DNA of 64,000 nt from Podarcis gaigeae (taxonomy: Eukaryota), in assembly GCA_964106915.2 (NCBI GenBank), contig OZ066916.1; one strand, given 5' to 3'. Below are positions 39,527 to 53,732 of the stretch, one piece after another. The position numbers and the translations under genes were made by a program. The notes beneath the pieces are model-generated. The model saw only the letters and a list, made by a program, of their open reading frames with translations. It was not told the DNA's origin and searched no databases. Every line of letters starts with the position of its first letter. The first letter of the stretch is position 1.

Positions 39527-39910
39527 CAGGGTGGGGAACCTCATGCCTGGGGGCCAGATGTGGCCCTCCGTGCCTCTCTATCTGGTCCTTGAGACTCTCC
39601 CCAGCCACAGCTCCTCTGCCAAGGCCACTCCCCTCTGTAGGACTGCTTTGACCCTCCTTGAGTGTTTTTGTGTGGAGGGTGTATGTCCTTAGATTCTGAT
39701 TTTGCTTCCTGCTTGCCTGCATGGAAGATAAAGAGTGGGTGGATGTGTGTTAAAACTAGTCTACCTTACAAAAGTAAAATTCATGTTCACGGCTCTTTCT
39801 GTTACCGTCCCCACTTTTGCTTGTGGCCTTGCCTCCCACCAGCATGTGATTCCCAGAAGGTTGCTTAGGAGGGAATGCAGCCCTCGGACTGAGAAAGATT
39901 CCTCACCCTG
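39527..39910. mobile_element. hAT-type MITE (older)
   Basis: Ends CAGGGTGGGGAACCT / AGATTCCTCACCCTG; no clear TSD. Confidence 0.65.
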
Positions 39911-40631
39911 AATGTACAAACAGGGCATGGACTCAGTACATGGCAACCAGAATGCAGGGCCCTGCTTGGTACCATCTTTCTTAGGCTGTGCTTGTCCTCT
40001 CCTCCCATGAGAAGATTTCAGAGTGGAAGTGGAGCTGAGTTCCTGTCCTACTGGGCACGATTCAGGATAGCTGCTATAGTACTTATCTCTCCCTTCAAGA
40101 AAAATAGAAGCACAAGAAGATGGTTTTAATTTAGGATAAGACTTAATTTAGGATACGATTTTTGCTCTTTGTTACTGTCTCTATTGCTGTTGGATGTGTG
40201 TATATGTGGAAAGAGGACTGAGTTTATATTCAGGTTTGGTTTGATGAAAGAGATCCTCTTGTTTTGTTGGTTCATAGGGCAGGTTTGAGCTTTACCTGCT
40301 GCCCAAGAGTTAATAAGTCTGCCTTGGCTTCTTCTATAATGTTGTAAAGGACTTTGACTCCTCATCTAAAACTGTGTCATAGCCCCTTAACATGGTAACA
40401 TGTCTTGCCTAATCTTGGTGGGGGGGGGGGTTAGTGATATTAAAAACAACTCTCTTGTCATCTGTATGATCATGATGTGCCCTACATAATGTTTTATCTT
40501 TAGAAGATTTTTGTTTAAGATGCAAGTAATAGTCAAGAATATTCTACTTGAAGTTTATCCTGAATTATAGCACAGCTATAGGGTGTGCTGAAATATGTAT
40601 GATTAGAGACATGCATTTCTTTTTTCAACAG

Positions 40632-40755
40632 CCCATCGACAAGCAATAATATTCCATTAATGAGGGTTGTGCAATCAATCAAGCACACAAAGAGGAAGAG
40701 CAGTACAATGGTGAAGGAAGGATGGATGGTTCATTACACTAGCCGAGACAACCTG
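40632..40755 (+). CDS. PRKD3: PRKD3 coding exon 8 (start of PH domain)
   Basis: [41 protein letters not shown]; 124 nt. Confidence 0.97.
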
Positions 40756-40813
40756 GTCAGTAATTTTACCTCTACTTTTCAGTGTGATATTTACTTTTAG
40801 TTATTTTAAGTCT

Positions 40814-40935
40814 GGGATGGGGAAACTGTGGCCTTCCAGATACTGTTGGGCTCCCAACTAGCAAGCTAGTGTGACCAATAGTTGAGTTTATGGGAATTGT
40901 AGTCCAACATTTAGAGAACCACAAATTCCTCACCT
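40814..40935. mobile_element. Short palindromic MITE (GGACTACA..TCCC family)
   Basis: ggatggggaaactgtggccttccag ... gggaattgtagtccaaca...accacaaattcctcacc. Confidence 0.6.
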
Positions 40936-41564
40936 ATTTTTTGCTTTAAAAATTGCTTTAAAACTCTCAAGAAAGGAAATGATCTATGCTGCTCTGTTTA
41001 TGCAAGCAGGGCTTCTTCAGTACTAGCTATGGGAGGAGAAAGAACTCTCTGTACTGGCTGAGCTCTGTCTGCCATTGTAACCAACAGAAGCCTTGTTTGT
41101 ATGTTGGGTTCAGGATCACAATGGTGTGGTAGGGTCTCCCTTATCCAAGACAAGTTTCCTGAGCCAACTCTGTTGCAGCCTCTGAGGAGCAGCTAGAAAA
41201 TGGGGTCACAGTATTGTTCTCCCTGTTCCACTGTTTTCCTGCTCAGATCTCCTGAGTCTTAAAGTCTTTGCCTGATGGGGACTTTCCCAAAGTGTTGGGA
41301 CAGTGATACCTACTGCTGCTGCCCTGGGATAGGAGGTGGTCACAGAAAAAAAAGGGGGGGTCACAGGAGGTACTGAGAAACATCTTGGTCCTATGCATTG
41401 CTGCACAGGCTTGAGCTTTAGAGTAGGCACTGTTTGAAAAAGCATAGCTGATAGTACCTTTAAAGGTCATCCTCAGTACAGGCCATTGAAATTGCTAACA
41501 TGGGTTCTGCTATAGGGTACCAATGTCTGTGTCTTAAAGAGAAACCCTCTCATATTTGTTGCAG

Positions 41565-41642
41565 AGAAAAAGACATTACTGGAGGCTGGATAGTAAATGT
41601 CTTACACTATTTCAGAACGAATCTGGGACAAAGTATTACAAG
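41565..41642 (+). CDS. PRKD3: PRKD3 coding exon 9 (PH domain)
   Basis: [26 protein letters not shown]; 78 nt. Confidence 0.97.
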
Positions 41643-42439
41643 GTAAGTGATAATATAAATCTTTTTTTTTTTACTTATGTCAGTTTCCATCTAAAGTGTT
41701 GTTCCCCTAATGTTAATCTGTAGTTGAAATCCTTCATTTACATCCTTTTCTCTGCACAATACTGTATTTGTGTATTAACTGTTGAACCCTAAATATCAGA
41801 GGTATGTGTACAGTTCTTTATCTGTTTATTTGTGTGTTACAGTGCCCAGCCATGCATGGATATTTTATGCCCCTTGAAACCAGATTAGTGAATGTTTGAG
41901 GGACTGGGGTAACAGAAGTAGAATACTTACTGAAGAAAAGGATAGCATATATGGGAGGAGGCAAAGGATTGAGAGAGCCAAAATTGATCATGTCCTGTGA
42001 CATAGCTGGGAATAAGAAGGCTTACAAAGCACCTGACAGGCTGCAAAACTGAAAATAAGCAATTATGTCTGCTTCCTGAGTGGATGGTGAAAGGTCTTCT
42101 CACTTTGGATATGGTGTGGTGATTCTGTAATGATGAACTGGGTCATCAGGCTGCTGTAGAAAGATTGATTCTATGGACAATGTAGCACCAGAGATGAAAG
42201 GCAATTCTAAACTGTGTCGTGGGAGGAAAATGCCAGTTGGGTCCAGAGCAAAGACAAAACTTTATTAGCGGCCCTTCTTGATTGTCATATTTGTGCTATC
42301 CCTAGGAACCTAAAGAGGGACTAAAGCCAAGGCCACTCAGTGCTATCAAAATATTTCTAGTTGAGTTCAGTAGCATACATTTTGTTATTGTTGCATATGC
42401 CCTCCACTCCTAGTGTTTAACACCTTTTGTTTCCTTTAG

Positions 42440-42716
42440 GAGATTCCGCTTTCTGAAATTCTTCAGGTGACTCAGCCGCGGGACTTCTCAAACGTGGTGC
42501 AAGGCAGCAACCCACACTGCTTTGAAATAATCACTGACACTATGGTGTACTTTGTTGGCGAGAACAATGGCAGCAATCATCATAATCCTGTTTTGGCTGC
42601 TACTGGAGTGGGACTGGATGTAGCGCAGAGCTGGGAGAAAGCTATTCGTCAAGCTTTGATGCCAGTCACGCCTCAGGCTAGCATTTGCACTGCTGGAGGA
42701 CAAGGGAAAGATCACA
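42440..42716 (+). CDS. PRKD3: PRKD3 coding exon 10 (PH domain)
   Basis: EIPLSEILQV...NPHCFEIITDTMVYFVGE...WEKAIRQALMPVTPQ; 277 nt. Confidence 0.97.
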
Positions 42717-44067
42717 GTAAGAGCACAGAAGCACTCTCTTCTTCCTAATGGAGATCTGTGAAGTAATGGGCCCTGGTTCAACAAACTATTTTATGGGTTG
42801 CTTATGCCTGCAACATGTCATGGGGCTGGCTCTGTATTTGAATCAGACCTTCAACTGCTACATATTTAGCATTAGTTAGTATGTCAGTGCTGTTCCTCTC
42901 GGAGTTGATTCCTGTCTTGCTAATTCTACATATGTAACAATTAAGGGCCTGGTTTTAAAACTGAAACTGTGTGGAATACCATACGAGTAAGCAATGCAAC
43001 TCTTCCTAGCCCGGTGTTGAAAGCAGGCCTCATGCTGCTAGTGTAGCCTTTCCAAAAATTCTTTCCCTTCCTGTGTGAGTTGTAGCCATTGACTAAACTC
43101 ATCTGAAGTCATGCCATTTATATTCTAACTATAAAGCAAGCAGGACCCTGCTCATAGAATGCTGACATATAACACAGCTTCAGTGGAGGAACTGAGAAGT
43201 CAATTTGGCTTACAGAAAAAAAATGCAGAGAACCGTTGTCCTAGGAGCAGGAGGAACTGTGTACTGATGGCAGGAAGAGAGAGGGTGGTGACATGGGTGT
43301 TGACGGTGAAGAGGAGGATTAGAATCCTGACAGAAAGATAAATGAGTAGGCAGTGGGCTAAGGAAGGCATGACCTGAGGGGAGGACAGGTGGAATTACAA
43401 CATGCATGCTTCATAGCCATTTGTGTGGGGTGGGGGACAGGGAGGGCTTAAATAGAAGGGTGGTGGGGTGAAACAGCTTGGACTGGATTTTTCGTGATTC
43501 TCCTTGTATTAAAAATAAGGCTGAGCCCTGGCACATTGCAGCTCTGAGCTAGAGGCAAAGAATGGAGAACTTGTGATGAAAAGCAGGGCTGGGTTGTCTG
43601 ACTGTTGAATTAAAGGAGATTCTGGCAATGCCTAATGCCCCCAAAGACTGGTGTTTAGGTTCAGACCTGTGTAACAGTCATGCAATACATTCTGTAAGCC
43701 TATTTGACTTATACATAAGAAAAACGCATGTGCTTACAAATTCCTTAGTTCCTTTGAGGTGGAGACATAAGGAGAGCAAATGTCTTGAAGGAAGGAGGAA
43801 CACAGGCAATGTTGATGGCCAGTGACAAAATAGAACTGAAGAAAAATATTCTGTGTTGTTGTGGTAGAGTTCAGTGCGAGGGAGATTTTGAAAGCTGTCT
43901 GTTAGGGGAACATAAAGAGGTGTTTGGAAATGTGATGCAGAGTGCCAAGGCCAAGGCTACATTTCACATATTAATTGGAATGTCAATAAATGTTTGGCTG
44001 CTAGGACATTGGTCTTTCATTGTAATACTGCTTCCACATTAAAAACATGTATATTTTCTCATTGCAG

Positions 44068-44120
44068 AAGAATTATCTGTCAGCATTTCTGTTTCAAATT
44101 GCCAGATCCAAGAAAATGTG
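44068..44120 (+). CDS. PRKD3: PRKD3 coding exon 11
   Basis: KELSVSISVSNCQIQENV; 53 nt; donor GTGAGT. Confidence 0.93.
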
Positions 44121-44382
44121 GTGAGTCACAAAATGTAAATACTATTGTAGCTGGATTGTTATCAGTTGTCCCCCGATGGCTATTTTATATCAAAATAATT
44201 GGAGATAAAGACAAATGAAAAGCTGAAGAACACATTGTTCCCATTAGGCTTATTTAATACAATGACTTGTCTGGAAAAAAAATCTATATATGGTAAAGTT
44301 CCTTAACCTTTTTAGTAGTGAGCAATGCAAAAAGAGAAGCCTTGTAAATGATACTTTTTATGTTTGATCCATTCCCCCACTT

Positions 44383-44632
44383 GAGAGCCAGTGTGGTGTA
44401 GTGGTTAAGAGTGGTAGACTCATAATCTGGTGAACCGGGTTCAATTCCCCGCTCCTCCACATGCAGCTGCTGGGTGACCTTGGGCCAGTCACACTTCTCT
44501 GAAGTCTCAGCCTCACTCACCTCACACAGTGTTTGTTGTGGGGGAGGAAGGGAAAGGAGATTGTTAGCCGCTTTGAGACTCCTTCGGGTAGTGATAAAGC
44601 GGGATATCAAATCCAAACTCTTCTTCTTCTTC
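44383..44632 (+). mobile_element. Squam3-type tRNA-derived SINE, full length
   Basis: A box TGGTGTAGTGG, B box GGTTCAATTCC, L2-like 3' end, (CTT)n tail. Confidence 0.88.
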
Positions 44633-45040
44633 TGATATGCAGGAATTGAACTAAATACAATAAAGATTACTGACAAATTTTGAACCTATAATTTAAAACC
44701 ATTATCAGTTGTTGGATGAGAATTAAGGCTTATTATTATTATCTTAAAAAGACTATTGTTGGGGGCTGCCTTTTTGGTAGTTATTTCCCAAAAGGAGGAA
44801 TGACTTTGTTCCCCAAGCATGAAATGTGCATCCATGTTCTGATCTAAAACCATACTCCAGTGCCTTCTTATAGTAGGTTATCTGGGGGAAGGGAAACCCC
44901 ATAGTCTAGGAAAACAAATGCTGCAGTCCTTTGCCCAGTTACTTGAAAGCAAGTCTCATTGAATTTGACAGAACATCTAAATGAATATGTATAGGATTTG
45001 TAGTTTTGGTAGAACATTGGTAGGCTAATTGAAATGTTTT

Positions 45041-45410
45041 GGGACACGGGTGGCGCTGTAGTCTCTTGGGCTTGCCGATTGGAAGGTCGGTGGTTCGAAT
45101 CCCTGCAATGAGGTGAGCTGCCGTTGCTCTGTCCCAGCTTCTGCCAGCCTAGCAGTTTGAAAACATGCCAGTGCAAGTAGATAAATAGGTACCACTCCGG
45201 CGGGAAGATAAATGGCATTTCCATGCACTCTGGCTTCCATCACGGTGTTCCGTTGCTCCAGAAGCGGTTTAGTCATGCTGGCCACATGACCCAGAAAGCT
45301 GCATGTGGATAAATGCCGGTTCCCTCAGCCTGAAGCGAGATGAGCGCCACAGCCCCATAGTCACCTTTGATTGGCGTTAACTGTCCAGGGGTCATTTACC
45401 TTACCTTTAC
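45041..45410 (+). mobile_element. Sauria SINE (Squam1)
   Basis: GGGACACGGGTGGCGCTG head, B box GGTTCGAATCC, (ACCTTT)n-like tail; 16-bp TSD CTAATTGAAATGTTTT at 45025-45040 and 45411-45426. Confidence 0.92.
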
Positions 45411-46511
45411 CTAATTGAAATGTTTTATTTTATTGGTAGTTTAGGTGATGTGTGGTTTGTACTCTTCTTCCCTAGTCTTTTGTTTATTATATTAGTGATG
45501 TGCCTGCCAAGATTGCAGGATAGAGAACCTGTGTTTCTTGTTCATGATCTCTGGGCATTCACACATGTTGGTTCAGTGCCTGTTCAGAGCTCTTTGGGAA
45601 ATGTCTCTAGCTAGGCTAGAGTTTTAGTAGGTGTCCTGTCCCCACCTTTCATGTGCCCATATCAAAAGGGCATGGCTTCCACCTTTGTGCTCAGTTTTCT
45701 TTCTCCCTCATCTCAAGGCTGACTTTTGTTTGTGAGGCAGACAGGTTCTTCTAGTCAAGCACTTCTTAGTGTGAGGTTAGAATGTTCTCTGGAATGTGCC
45801 CAGAAATTCTGGAATGTTTTCCTGTGGATCACAGAGCAGGTCTGGTGGTAGCTAAATGAGTTTCACCCAGTGCCAGTGACATAAATGAGGCAGTGATGCC
45901 AAATCTGGGGCCCAGCCCTACTCTTGCTCATATTACAAATATGTGTGACAATGTGCTTACTACAAGTACAGTTGTCAGGAATCCATCATTGGTTGCAGCT
46001 CCTCTTTTGCATATACAGAATACATCTACAATGTGGCAAATGTTCTTGACTGGCCATGCTAAAGAAACAAAGATCTATGGTTCTGATGGGATTTTCATAT
46101 AGACTGGCCTTAGCATATGAGCACACATTCATGCTGACAGAAAGGCTGGTTTGTATGCTTTATTGTTACACAGCTGGAGACAAGTTTAAGGAATACAGAA
46201 TGCACTGCAGTTTGTAAATTTGCAAATAAATTACAAATAAATTTGCAAATGTTAATTTTGTATGCTGTTCTCATCTCTGTTACACAAGTTACTATACATG
46301 GTAAACAATGCTAGCATGAACAGGTTTTAACAGGTGGGAATGGACCTTTTTTACTCCCCTTTTTTGGAGTAATTTTTAATTGGGTTATAAAGAAATACTT
46401 TCTTTCCCTTTTTGTGTCCATGAAGTGTAGCTCTTAAAGCTTCTGCCTCTGTCACTGAAGTAATTGAACATAATATTTACCTTCCCCTGCCTGCACCCTC
46501 TCTTCCCCTAG

Positions 46512-46584
46512 GATATCAGTTCCGTATACCAGATCTTTGCTGATGAGGTGCTTGGCTCTGGTCAGTTTGGTGTTGTGTATGGAG
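46512..46584 (+). CDS. PRKD3: PRKD3 coding exon 12 (kinase Gly-rich loop)
   Basis: DISSVYQIFADEVLGSGQFGVVYG; 73 nt. Confidence 0.97.
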
Positions 46585-47639
46585 GTAAGTTTGACTAAAC
46601 AATCACTGCAAGTTCAGACTTGTGATATTTGGCTTTGCTTCATGCTAGATCTTCTCTCAGGTTAGGAGAAAGTAATTCAATAGTTCCAGTTCAAGAGACA
46701 GTTTCTGTCTCTTACGCAATTGCTTGCCTGGTTTACAACATTAATTCCCATTCAGTTGGTTCTTCTGTTACTTTGCAGAAGTTATGGAATGTTACAGTTG
46801 GGTTGCCTTTCTTTTTAATCTAGTGAAAATAAGCCTATATTTTTTGTACCTTTTACTTACACTTAAATCTTTAAGGCAGGTACTCTTTCTGCTTGCTCCA
46901 TGCAACTATCTTCCAGAGCAGTTATTGTACCCTGACTAATTACAGAATCACCAGTACTGAATAAAGAACTCCAGGTGAGGTCTAGCTAGGCCTCTAAAAT
47001 AGTAGTAGTGTGGTGTCCTTGTAGCATTTCTTTAGCATTCTTTCTGCCCCTTATGTATATTTTGTGCTTATCTTAAATAAACTGATCAGCTTTTCTCATT
47101 AATGTTATATCAAGGCTTTTGTATGTTTTGTTCCATATCAGCTGAAGTGCAATGTGATAGAAGCTAGGGTTGTCCTGTAGGTAGAATCTGGATTCTGATA
47201 TTCATCCTTTTATTAACTCACTCAGTAATTTTGGACCATTTTATTAACTCAACCTAAATTCCTCATCTGTGGAAGATAAGTAGTAATTTTATTTTATAAG
47301 TGAGTGTGGCTAAAACTGAATATAAGCAAGTCTCTTTGCACATTCAAAGCTATAATGTTTGTAATACATGAAGAGTCCCTGAAGGAGCAAGTTTTGAAAT
47401 TCTGATTTGTTTCAAGCAAACTCTGTTGCCTCTCACTTCTGCACTTTGAGAGCGGAGCTAAACAATGATTTTGTTGAATTAGGCTCTATGCCCATATTAG
47501 TAAAGGTGTACCAAAAATATCCCCATGCAAATTAAGGACTGAGAAGAAGCCCACCCCACTAAAATGAAAGTATAATTCTCTCCTTGGACATGCAGGGATT
47601 TTGGTCTTAAGGTGAGATTAGATCTTAACCACAGAGATC

Positions 47640-47641
<2 letters not shown>

Positions 47642-47691
<50 letters not shown>

Positions 47692-48070
47692 TTTTTATTT
47701 ATACCCCGCCCTCCCCAGCCAAGGCCGGGCTCAGAGCGGCTTACAATCAATAATAAAAACAAGATGAATGATTACAAACTTAAAAACAAAAATAAAACAT
47801 AACAATTAAAATAATGGAACATTAAAATATTAAAATGTAGCCTCATCGCAGGAGGAGAAGGAAAAGAAGGGGAAAAGAGAGAGAGAGAGGGGGGGGGGAG
47901 GGAGGGAATCAAACTGGCTCCAAGCCAAAGGCCAGGCGGAACAACTCTGTCTTACAGGCCCTGCGGAAAGAAATCAGATCCTGCAGGGCCCTGGTCTCAT
48001 GAGGCAGAGCGTTCCACCAGGCCGGAGCCAGAGTTGAAAAGGCCCTGGCTCTGGTCGAAGCCAATCTAAC
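47642..48070 (-). mobile_element. L2-clade LINE 3' fragment with (AAT)n tail
   Basis: (AAT)~16 then tttatttataccccgccctccccagc...gggctcagagcggcttaca; gagcgttccaccaggccggagcc; TSD AGATCTA at 47635 and 48071. Confidence 0.8.
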
Positions 48071-48542
48071 AGATCTAGACAGCAGAGCAATAATTGCCTT
48101 AAGCAGGGAGAAGCCCTTTGATATGATGCAAGCTTCAGCACTTCACATGCTTCATCTGAGATTGTGCTTAGGGTTATACTACTTCCCATCCTCTTTCTCA
48201 TGTGATAATCATGTAGACTTCACATTTGCATAGGAACCTGAATGCTTCAAGTCCAACAGATGCAGATGCCTTATTCATGCAAACTGTACATTCTTAATAT
48301 TGTGCTGTACAGATCATGTGGCCAGAGCCCCTATGCAAGCATGAAATCTACCAAGTGAATGTCAGGTGGGGATAAGAGGCAAGCTCTCTCTTCTCAAGGG
48401 TATTGGCTGAAAATATGTAAGTGACAGAGATATTTCCCTCTCTGTTTTTCAGTGTAATATTTAAATACACATTTATCACAAATATCTACCTTCTGTGCAA
48501 AAAGTTTGTTTCTGACTCTCCTTGTTGGGTTGGAGATACTAA

Positions 48543-48740
<198 letters not shown>

Positions 48741-49089
48741 TGAGTAGGTGAGCAATCAGAGGCTTGAATTGTACAGATGCTTGAATCTGCATGTTTCAGA
48801 GTTGTGAACATACAGTGTTTCTGTGTGATCATTGTTGACATAGCTGGGTACAATCTCTGCGTAGTCTTGCTTTTGTATATTTTAATATTCCTCCTATAGT
48901 AGTTTCTGAGCTGTACAGGAAAACTGTAAAAAGAGCCATAGCTTGTGTTTTGTCTCTACAAATATTGCTAGGGATTGTTTGAGTGCTTTCTAAACAATAA
49001 AGCATAGCCAGGACCTAGGCAGATATTTTCTGATTTTCAGTACATAATGGTGGTACATTTTTCATGACAATATTAAATATGCTTCCTAG

Positions 49090-49251
49090 AATTTGCACCA
49101 CCCTGGGATTGTAAACCTGGAATGTATGTTTGAAACTCCAGAAAGGGTTTTTGTTGTAATGGAAAAACTTCATGGCGATATGTTGGAGATGATTCTTTCC
49201 AGTGAGAAAAGCCGGCTTCCAGAAAGAATCACCAAATTCATGGTCACTCAG
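49090..49251 (+). CDS. PRKD3: PRKD3 coding exon 14
   Basis: [54 protein letters not shown]; 162 nt. Confidence 0.97.
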
Positions 49252-50179
49252 GTGAGTCTGCTTTTAATAATGGCTTGTACAGTTCTGTTGTCACACATTC
49301 AGGGCAGGCTACAACTATTTAAAATAGACTGTTAAAACAATTTAAATCAAACCACAGGAAACTACTTTTTCATAACATTTCAGAAAAGTATTATATACAA
49401 AGTAACCTTAAGTAGGGATCTGGATCCCTTAATATTTATTACCATATGTACCAGGCAGGAATCTTGGTAGATTGAGGTTCCTTTTTATTGCTGCTCTCGA
49501 AGAAGCACCTTTCACAAACAAGCAGTCAAATAGTGACTCAGGGTTGTATTCAAGATAGTGCTACATTAAAGAGAGTTAGTGTTGAACTTACTCTGTTAAC
49601 ATGTCACTTGGGGGAAAACAGATTACAAAATGAATAGCTTGTATGTGTATGCTAAAGTTGTAGAGGATAGAAAAATTAAAGGTAGTTTCACAACATGTCT
49701 GGTAGTGCAGCCTCTTGCACAACAAGTGAACCTGTTACTTTCGACTCCATGGCATGGTTCAGCTCCTGAACCCTCTGCCTCTAGAATCTCCTGCTGCCTG
49801 CCCCCTTCTTTGTGGTACCAGTAATGTTCTCTTCCCCAGCTGCTCCCATTTATTTATTTATTTATTTATTTATTTATTTTAAATATTTGTTGACCCTAAA
49901 GTAGCAGCAGCCCTGGCATCAAAGGTCTTCAGAACCAGGCACTCTGGGTAATGTGACCAGGAAAATGTCTGTCCAACTTCCATGGCTTGCCACGGCAGGG
50001 TGGTGGGCGACTTGTCAGTCCACCATGGATTGGAGTTGCACTTGGCTTCTCAAGCAAAGCACTGCCTCCTCGGCTCAGTGGTGGGTGAGTGGGCAGCAGG
50101 TTGGGCTGGTGAGCTAGCACTGGTTTGTGGGCAGCATTGAGAAATAGACCTCCACTAGTGCAGTGGTCTTTGCACTGGG

Positions 50180-50370
50180 AACCTAAGAAGCTGCCTTATA
50201 CAGGAGGAAGACCATTGGTCCATCTAGCTCAGTACTGTGTACACTGATTGGCAGTGGCTCTGTAGGGTTTTAGACAGAGTCTTTCCTAGTCATGCCTGAA
50301 AATGTTGGGGATTGAACCAGGGACCTTCTGCATGCAAGGCAGAAGATCTGCCACTGAACTATGGCCCTTC
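50180..50370 (-). mobile_element. Squam2-type SINE
   Basis: agctgccttatac...gaccattggtccatctagctcagta...ggggattgaaccagggaccttctgcatgcaag (reverse-strand B box). Confidence 0.75.
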
Positions 50371-50600
50371 TCGACTAACGATTTGACAGCATTGGCTCCA
50401 ACCTCAGTCTCATGTGGAGGTGGGCCTTTTCTCCCCCTCCCTAGCCCTAACATCTTTCAGAAGAGGGGCTGAGGAGGACTCCTGGTGATCCTTAAACTGA
50501 AGGTAATTTCACCTGTCTTTTAGGCAATTCTTGGACACATAATATGTTGCATCTCTTTCTCTCTGATTTTGAAAATACTTTTTTCCTTTTATTTTCTTAG

Positions 50601-50699
50601 ATACTTGTTGCTTTGAGGAATTTACACTTCAAGAATATAGTGCACTGTGATTTAAAACCTGAAAATGTACTATTAGCATCAGCAGAGCCATTTCCTCAG
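50601..50699 (+). CDS. PRKD3: PRKD3 coding exon 15 (catalytic loop)
   Basis: [33 protein letters not shown]; 99 nt. Confidence 0.97.
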
Positions 50700-51116
50700 G
50701 TGGGAAAGAATGAAGTATTTTTTTTAATGGTTGTATATTCTGCAGGAGGATATACAGGATAAAATGCTCATTAACTCTGTATTTTATGCCATTTGGGAAC
50801 AAAGCACCATCTTTTGTACTTTGAATACATCTCATAAAACAGTTCTCCGCACACCAGTGTTTGTAGGTCTCTGAGAGAATTGTTACTAAGTCCGAAAGTT
50901 AGAACCATTCCATATGATTTACCAAGTGGCCTGGTTGGACACTTCAGGTATAGCGTGTCATTTTTCTAATGAGTAATTCTTGCAAAATTGTATGTTGGCG
51001 CACAACTCCCCTACCCCCATCTGTTTTGTTTTAAAGAGTTGGCTATTACAGTTAATGAATTTTTGATACTGATGTTCAGTTCAAGGTAATTTAATCAACG
51101 GATATTTGTTTTATAG

Positions 51117-51458
<342 letters not shown>

Positions 51459-51570
51459 TGAGGCATGGCATTTAGTGTCAATGGGACCATGGAATTATAA
51501 GAGATTTAGGAGGAAACAAAGTGCTGTTATTCAGGAGTTATTGCAAAACGTTTGACTGTAATAGAAAATA

Positions 51571-51780
51571 TTCATTTATTGCACTTTTATTCCACCTTTC
51601 CTTCCAAGTAACTCAAGATAATGTATAGGCACCTGCCTCTACCCTGTTTTTTATCCCTGCAACAGCCTTGTAGGGTTTGTAGACTGACAGATAGCAAGGT
51701 CACCCAATGAGATTCATGGCTGGAAAACAGATGTGAATCTGGGTCTTCCAGGTCCTGGTTGAACACTATCCACTATACTG
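51571..51780 (-). mobile_element. Degenerate tRNA-derived SINE (Squam3/MIR-like)
   Basis: Same pattern as 13795-13990. Confidence 0.5.
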
Positions 51781-52602
51781 CAGATGGGTCTCCAGCACAG
51801 ATGGCTAAAAGGCTTTAACTTTTATGTTGGAAGCCTTCTACTTCATGTTATAGGGCCTGGTTTGGAGGGTTGTAAGATTAAAATCCTGGAGGTATGGCCC
51901 TGTCAGGCATTATATTTAGGGCTTTCCCAATGCCTGCTGTAGAAAGGAAAAGAGCCACCGATTATCATAATGGACCCTGGGAACCTTATGTGAAAACATG
52001 CCTGTAGATCAGTTGGTGTAATGTGTTATTCAGCAATGCACTTCTTTGTACACAGCCCTTTCCAAAGTTGTCTTGCTTCCTCCCATGCCTGTAGTCTGCG
52101 TTTCCCAGAAAAAAGAACTTTACTTGTGCTTAAAGCTTGCTAATGTCATGTTTAGTTTTCAGCACTGATGTGTAGGTAATGACAATTTGGAACTTATTAT
52201 TTGGATCTGTTGCATACCTTTTGCAGCAAATGTACACTTTGAAAAATTGTTTCAATAGTAGGTATCAATTTGTCCTGAAAGCATCCAAACTTAGCATCCT
52301 ATACATGTTACTCAGAAGTAAATGCTGCTCTGTTCAAAAGTACTTACTCCCAATTTAATGTGTGTAATCTTTCAGCATTATGGTACAATTCAAATTCTCT
52401 AAAACAAATAGAAGTCTTATTGTTGACTTCAGATGAATTCCACCCATACGACACAAACTGTTGGTGTAGTACTGTTTACACAAACCCAAAAACTTACCTT
52501 TGTCTCTTAATTACTATTTTTTCCTTCAGAGTTATTATTGTGGGTGACAGGAAAGACAAAATACTTATTTTGAATACATTTTTCTCTTCCTTGCTCCTCC
52601 AG

Positions 52603-52688
52603 CTATCGATTTAATAAACAACTTGCTTCAAGTGAAGATGAGAAAACGTTACAGTGTTGACAAATCACTTAGTCACCCGTGGTTACAG
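52603..52688 (+). CDS. PRKD3: PRKD3 coding exon 17
   Basis: [29 protein letters not shown]; 86 nt. Confidence 0.97.
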
Positions 52689-53732
52689 GTATAGCTAATG
52701 CATACCAGCTTTATTGTGTTATATGTTACCCAGTTCAATTACATGAATCATAATCTGACTCAAGTAGTTGACAGGTCTTGTATAAATGAAATCTTTGAAA
52801 GTTTATTTGATTCAATTTGAGTAGAGCTATCTATTTTTCCTTCCTCTCTGTTTTGGGCATGATGAGAGTTTGTTTAATATGGTCTGGGTTTAGCAGTATG
52901 CATTGGGTTATTTGAAATAATGGATGTTAAGAGTCATAATTTTCGGATTTAGAGTGATGTCTCTGACACTCATTACTTTATAGCATTGGTTGTTGTACCA
53001 TACACCCAGCCATCAGTTACTGACTTAGAATGTAACTAGATGTCTGAAACCCACTTTTGCTGAGCTAAAGTATATGACTTGGTGATGGAGACAGTACTTG
53101 AAAGGAAGAATCAGCTGACAGAAAGAAGGGTTGTCAAACCCTTCCATTGATTTTCCTCTGTAAAAGCTTTCCTGAACCCCCACCATAAGGGCTCTTTTCA
53201 TTTTGGAATCCAGATGGAGTGTAAAAACCCAACTTAAACTGTCTTGAGGAAAAGGTACATGGAGAAGATCTCCTGTGAGCATCCCATTTCCACGTCTTGA
53301 TAATTAGCTGGATTCTTTTTTCTTTTTCTTTTTCTGCAAAAAACACCTCCCTCTAAGCTTGGCTCTAATTAAGTGTAAGGATGGTGAGCATGACTAGAGT
53401 GGAGGTCTATTATCTTGACCCTTGCCTGTTCTTTGTGACTTAGGCAGGACTTGTATCATTAAAGGTGAAAGATATTTTGGCTTACTTTGCTGTTAGGCAG
53501 GCATGAAGATAGGCATACTGGGGTCTTGCAAGGGTTAGAAAGTAATGTGATTAACTGGCATGAAATCAGTGTGTTACATTGGTTTGATGCAGAGGCTGTG
53601 GTGGGAGTGAGGAACTTGCCCATCATCAGAACTGAATATTGTTGGGTAACACTGTGCTTTTAGAAATGAATCACTGCGCTATTAAGATCAACATTGTGTT
53701 CAGAAACAACTCATCTAAACTTTTCTTTTTAG

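Noticed and set aside
44383-44460. tRNA-like A/B boxes (also 45041-45105)
   Set aside because: These are SINE heads, not tRNA genes; SINE bodies and tails follow
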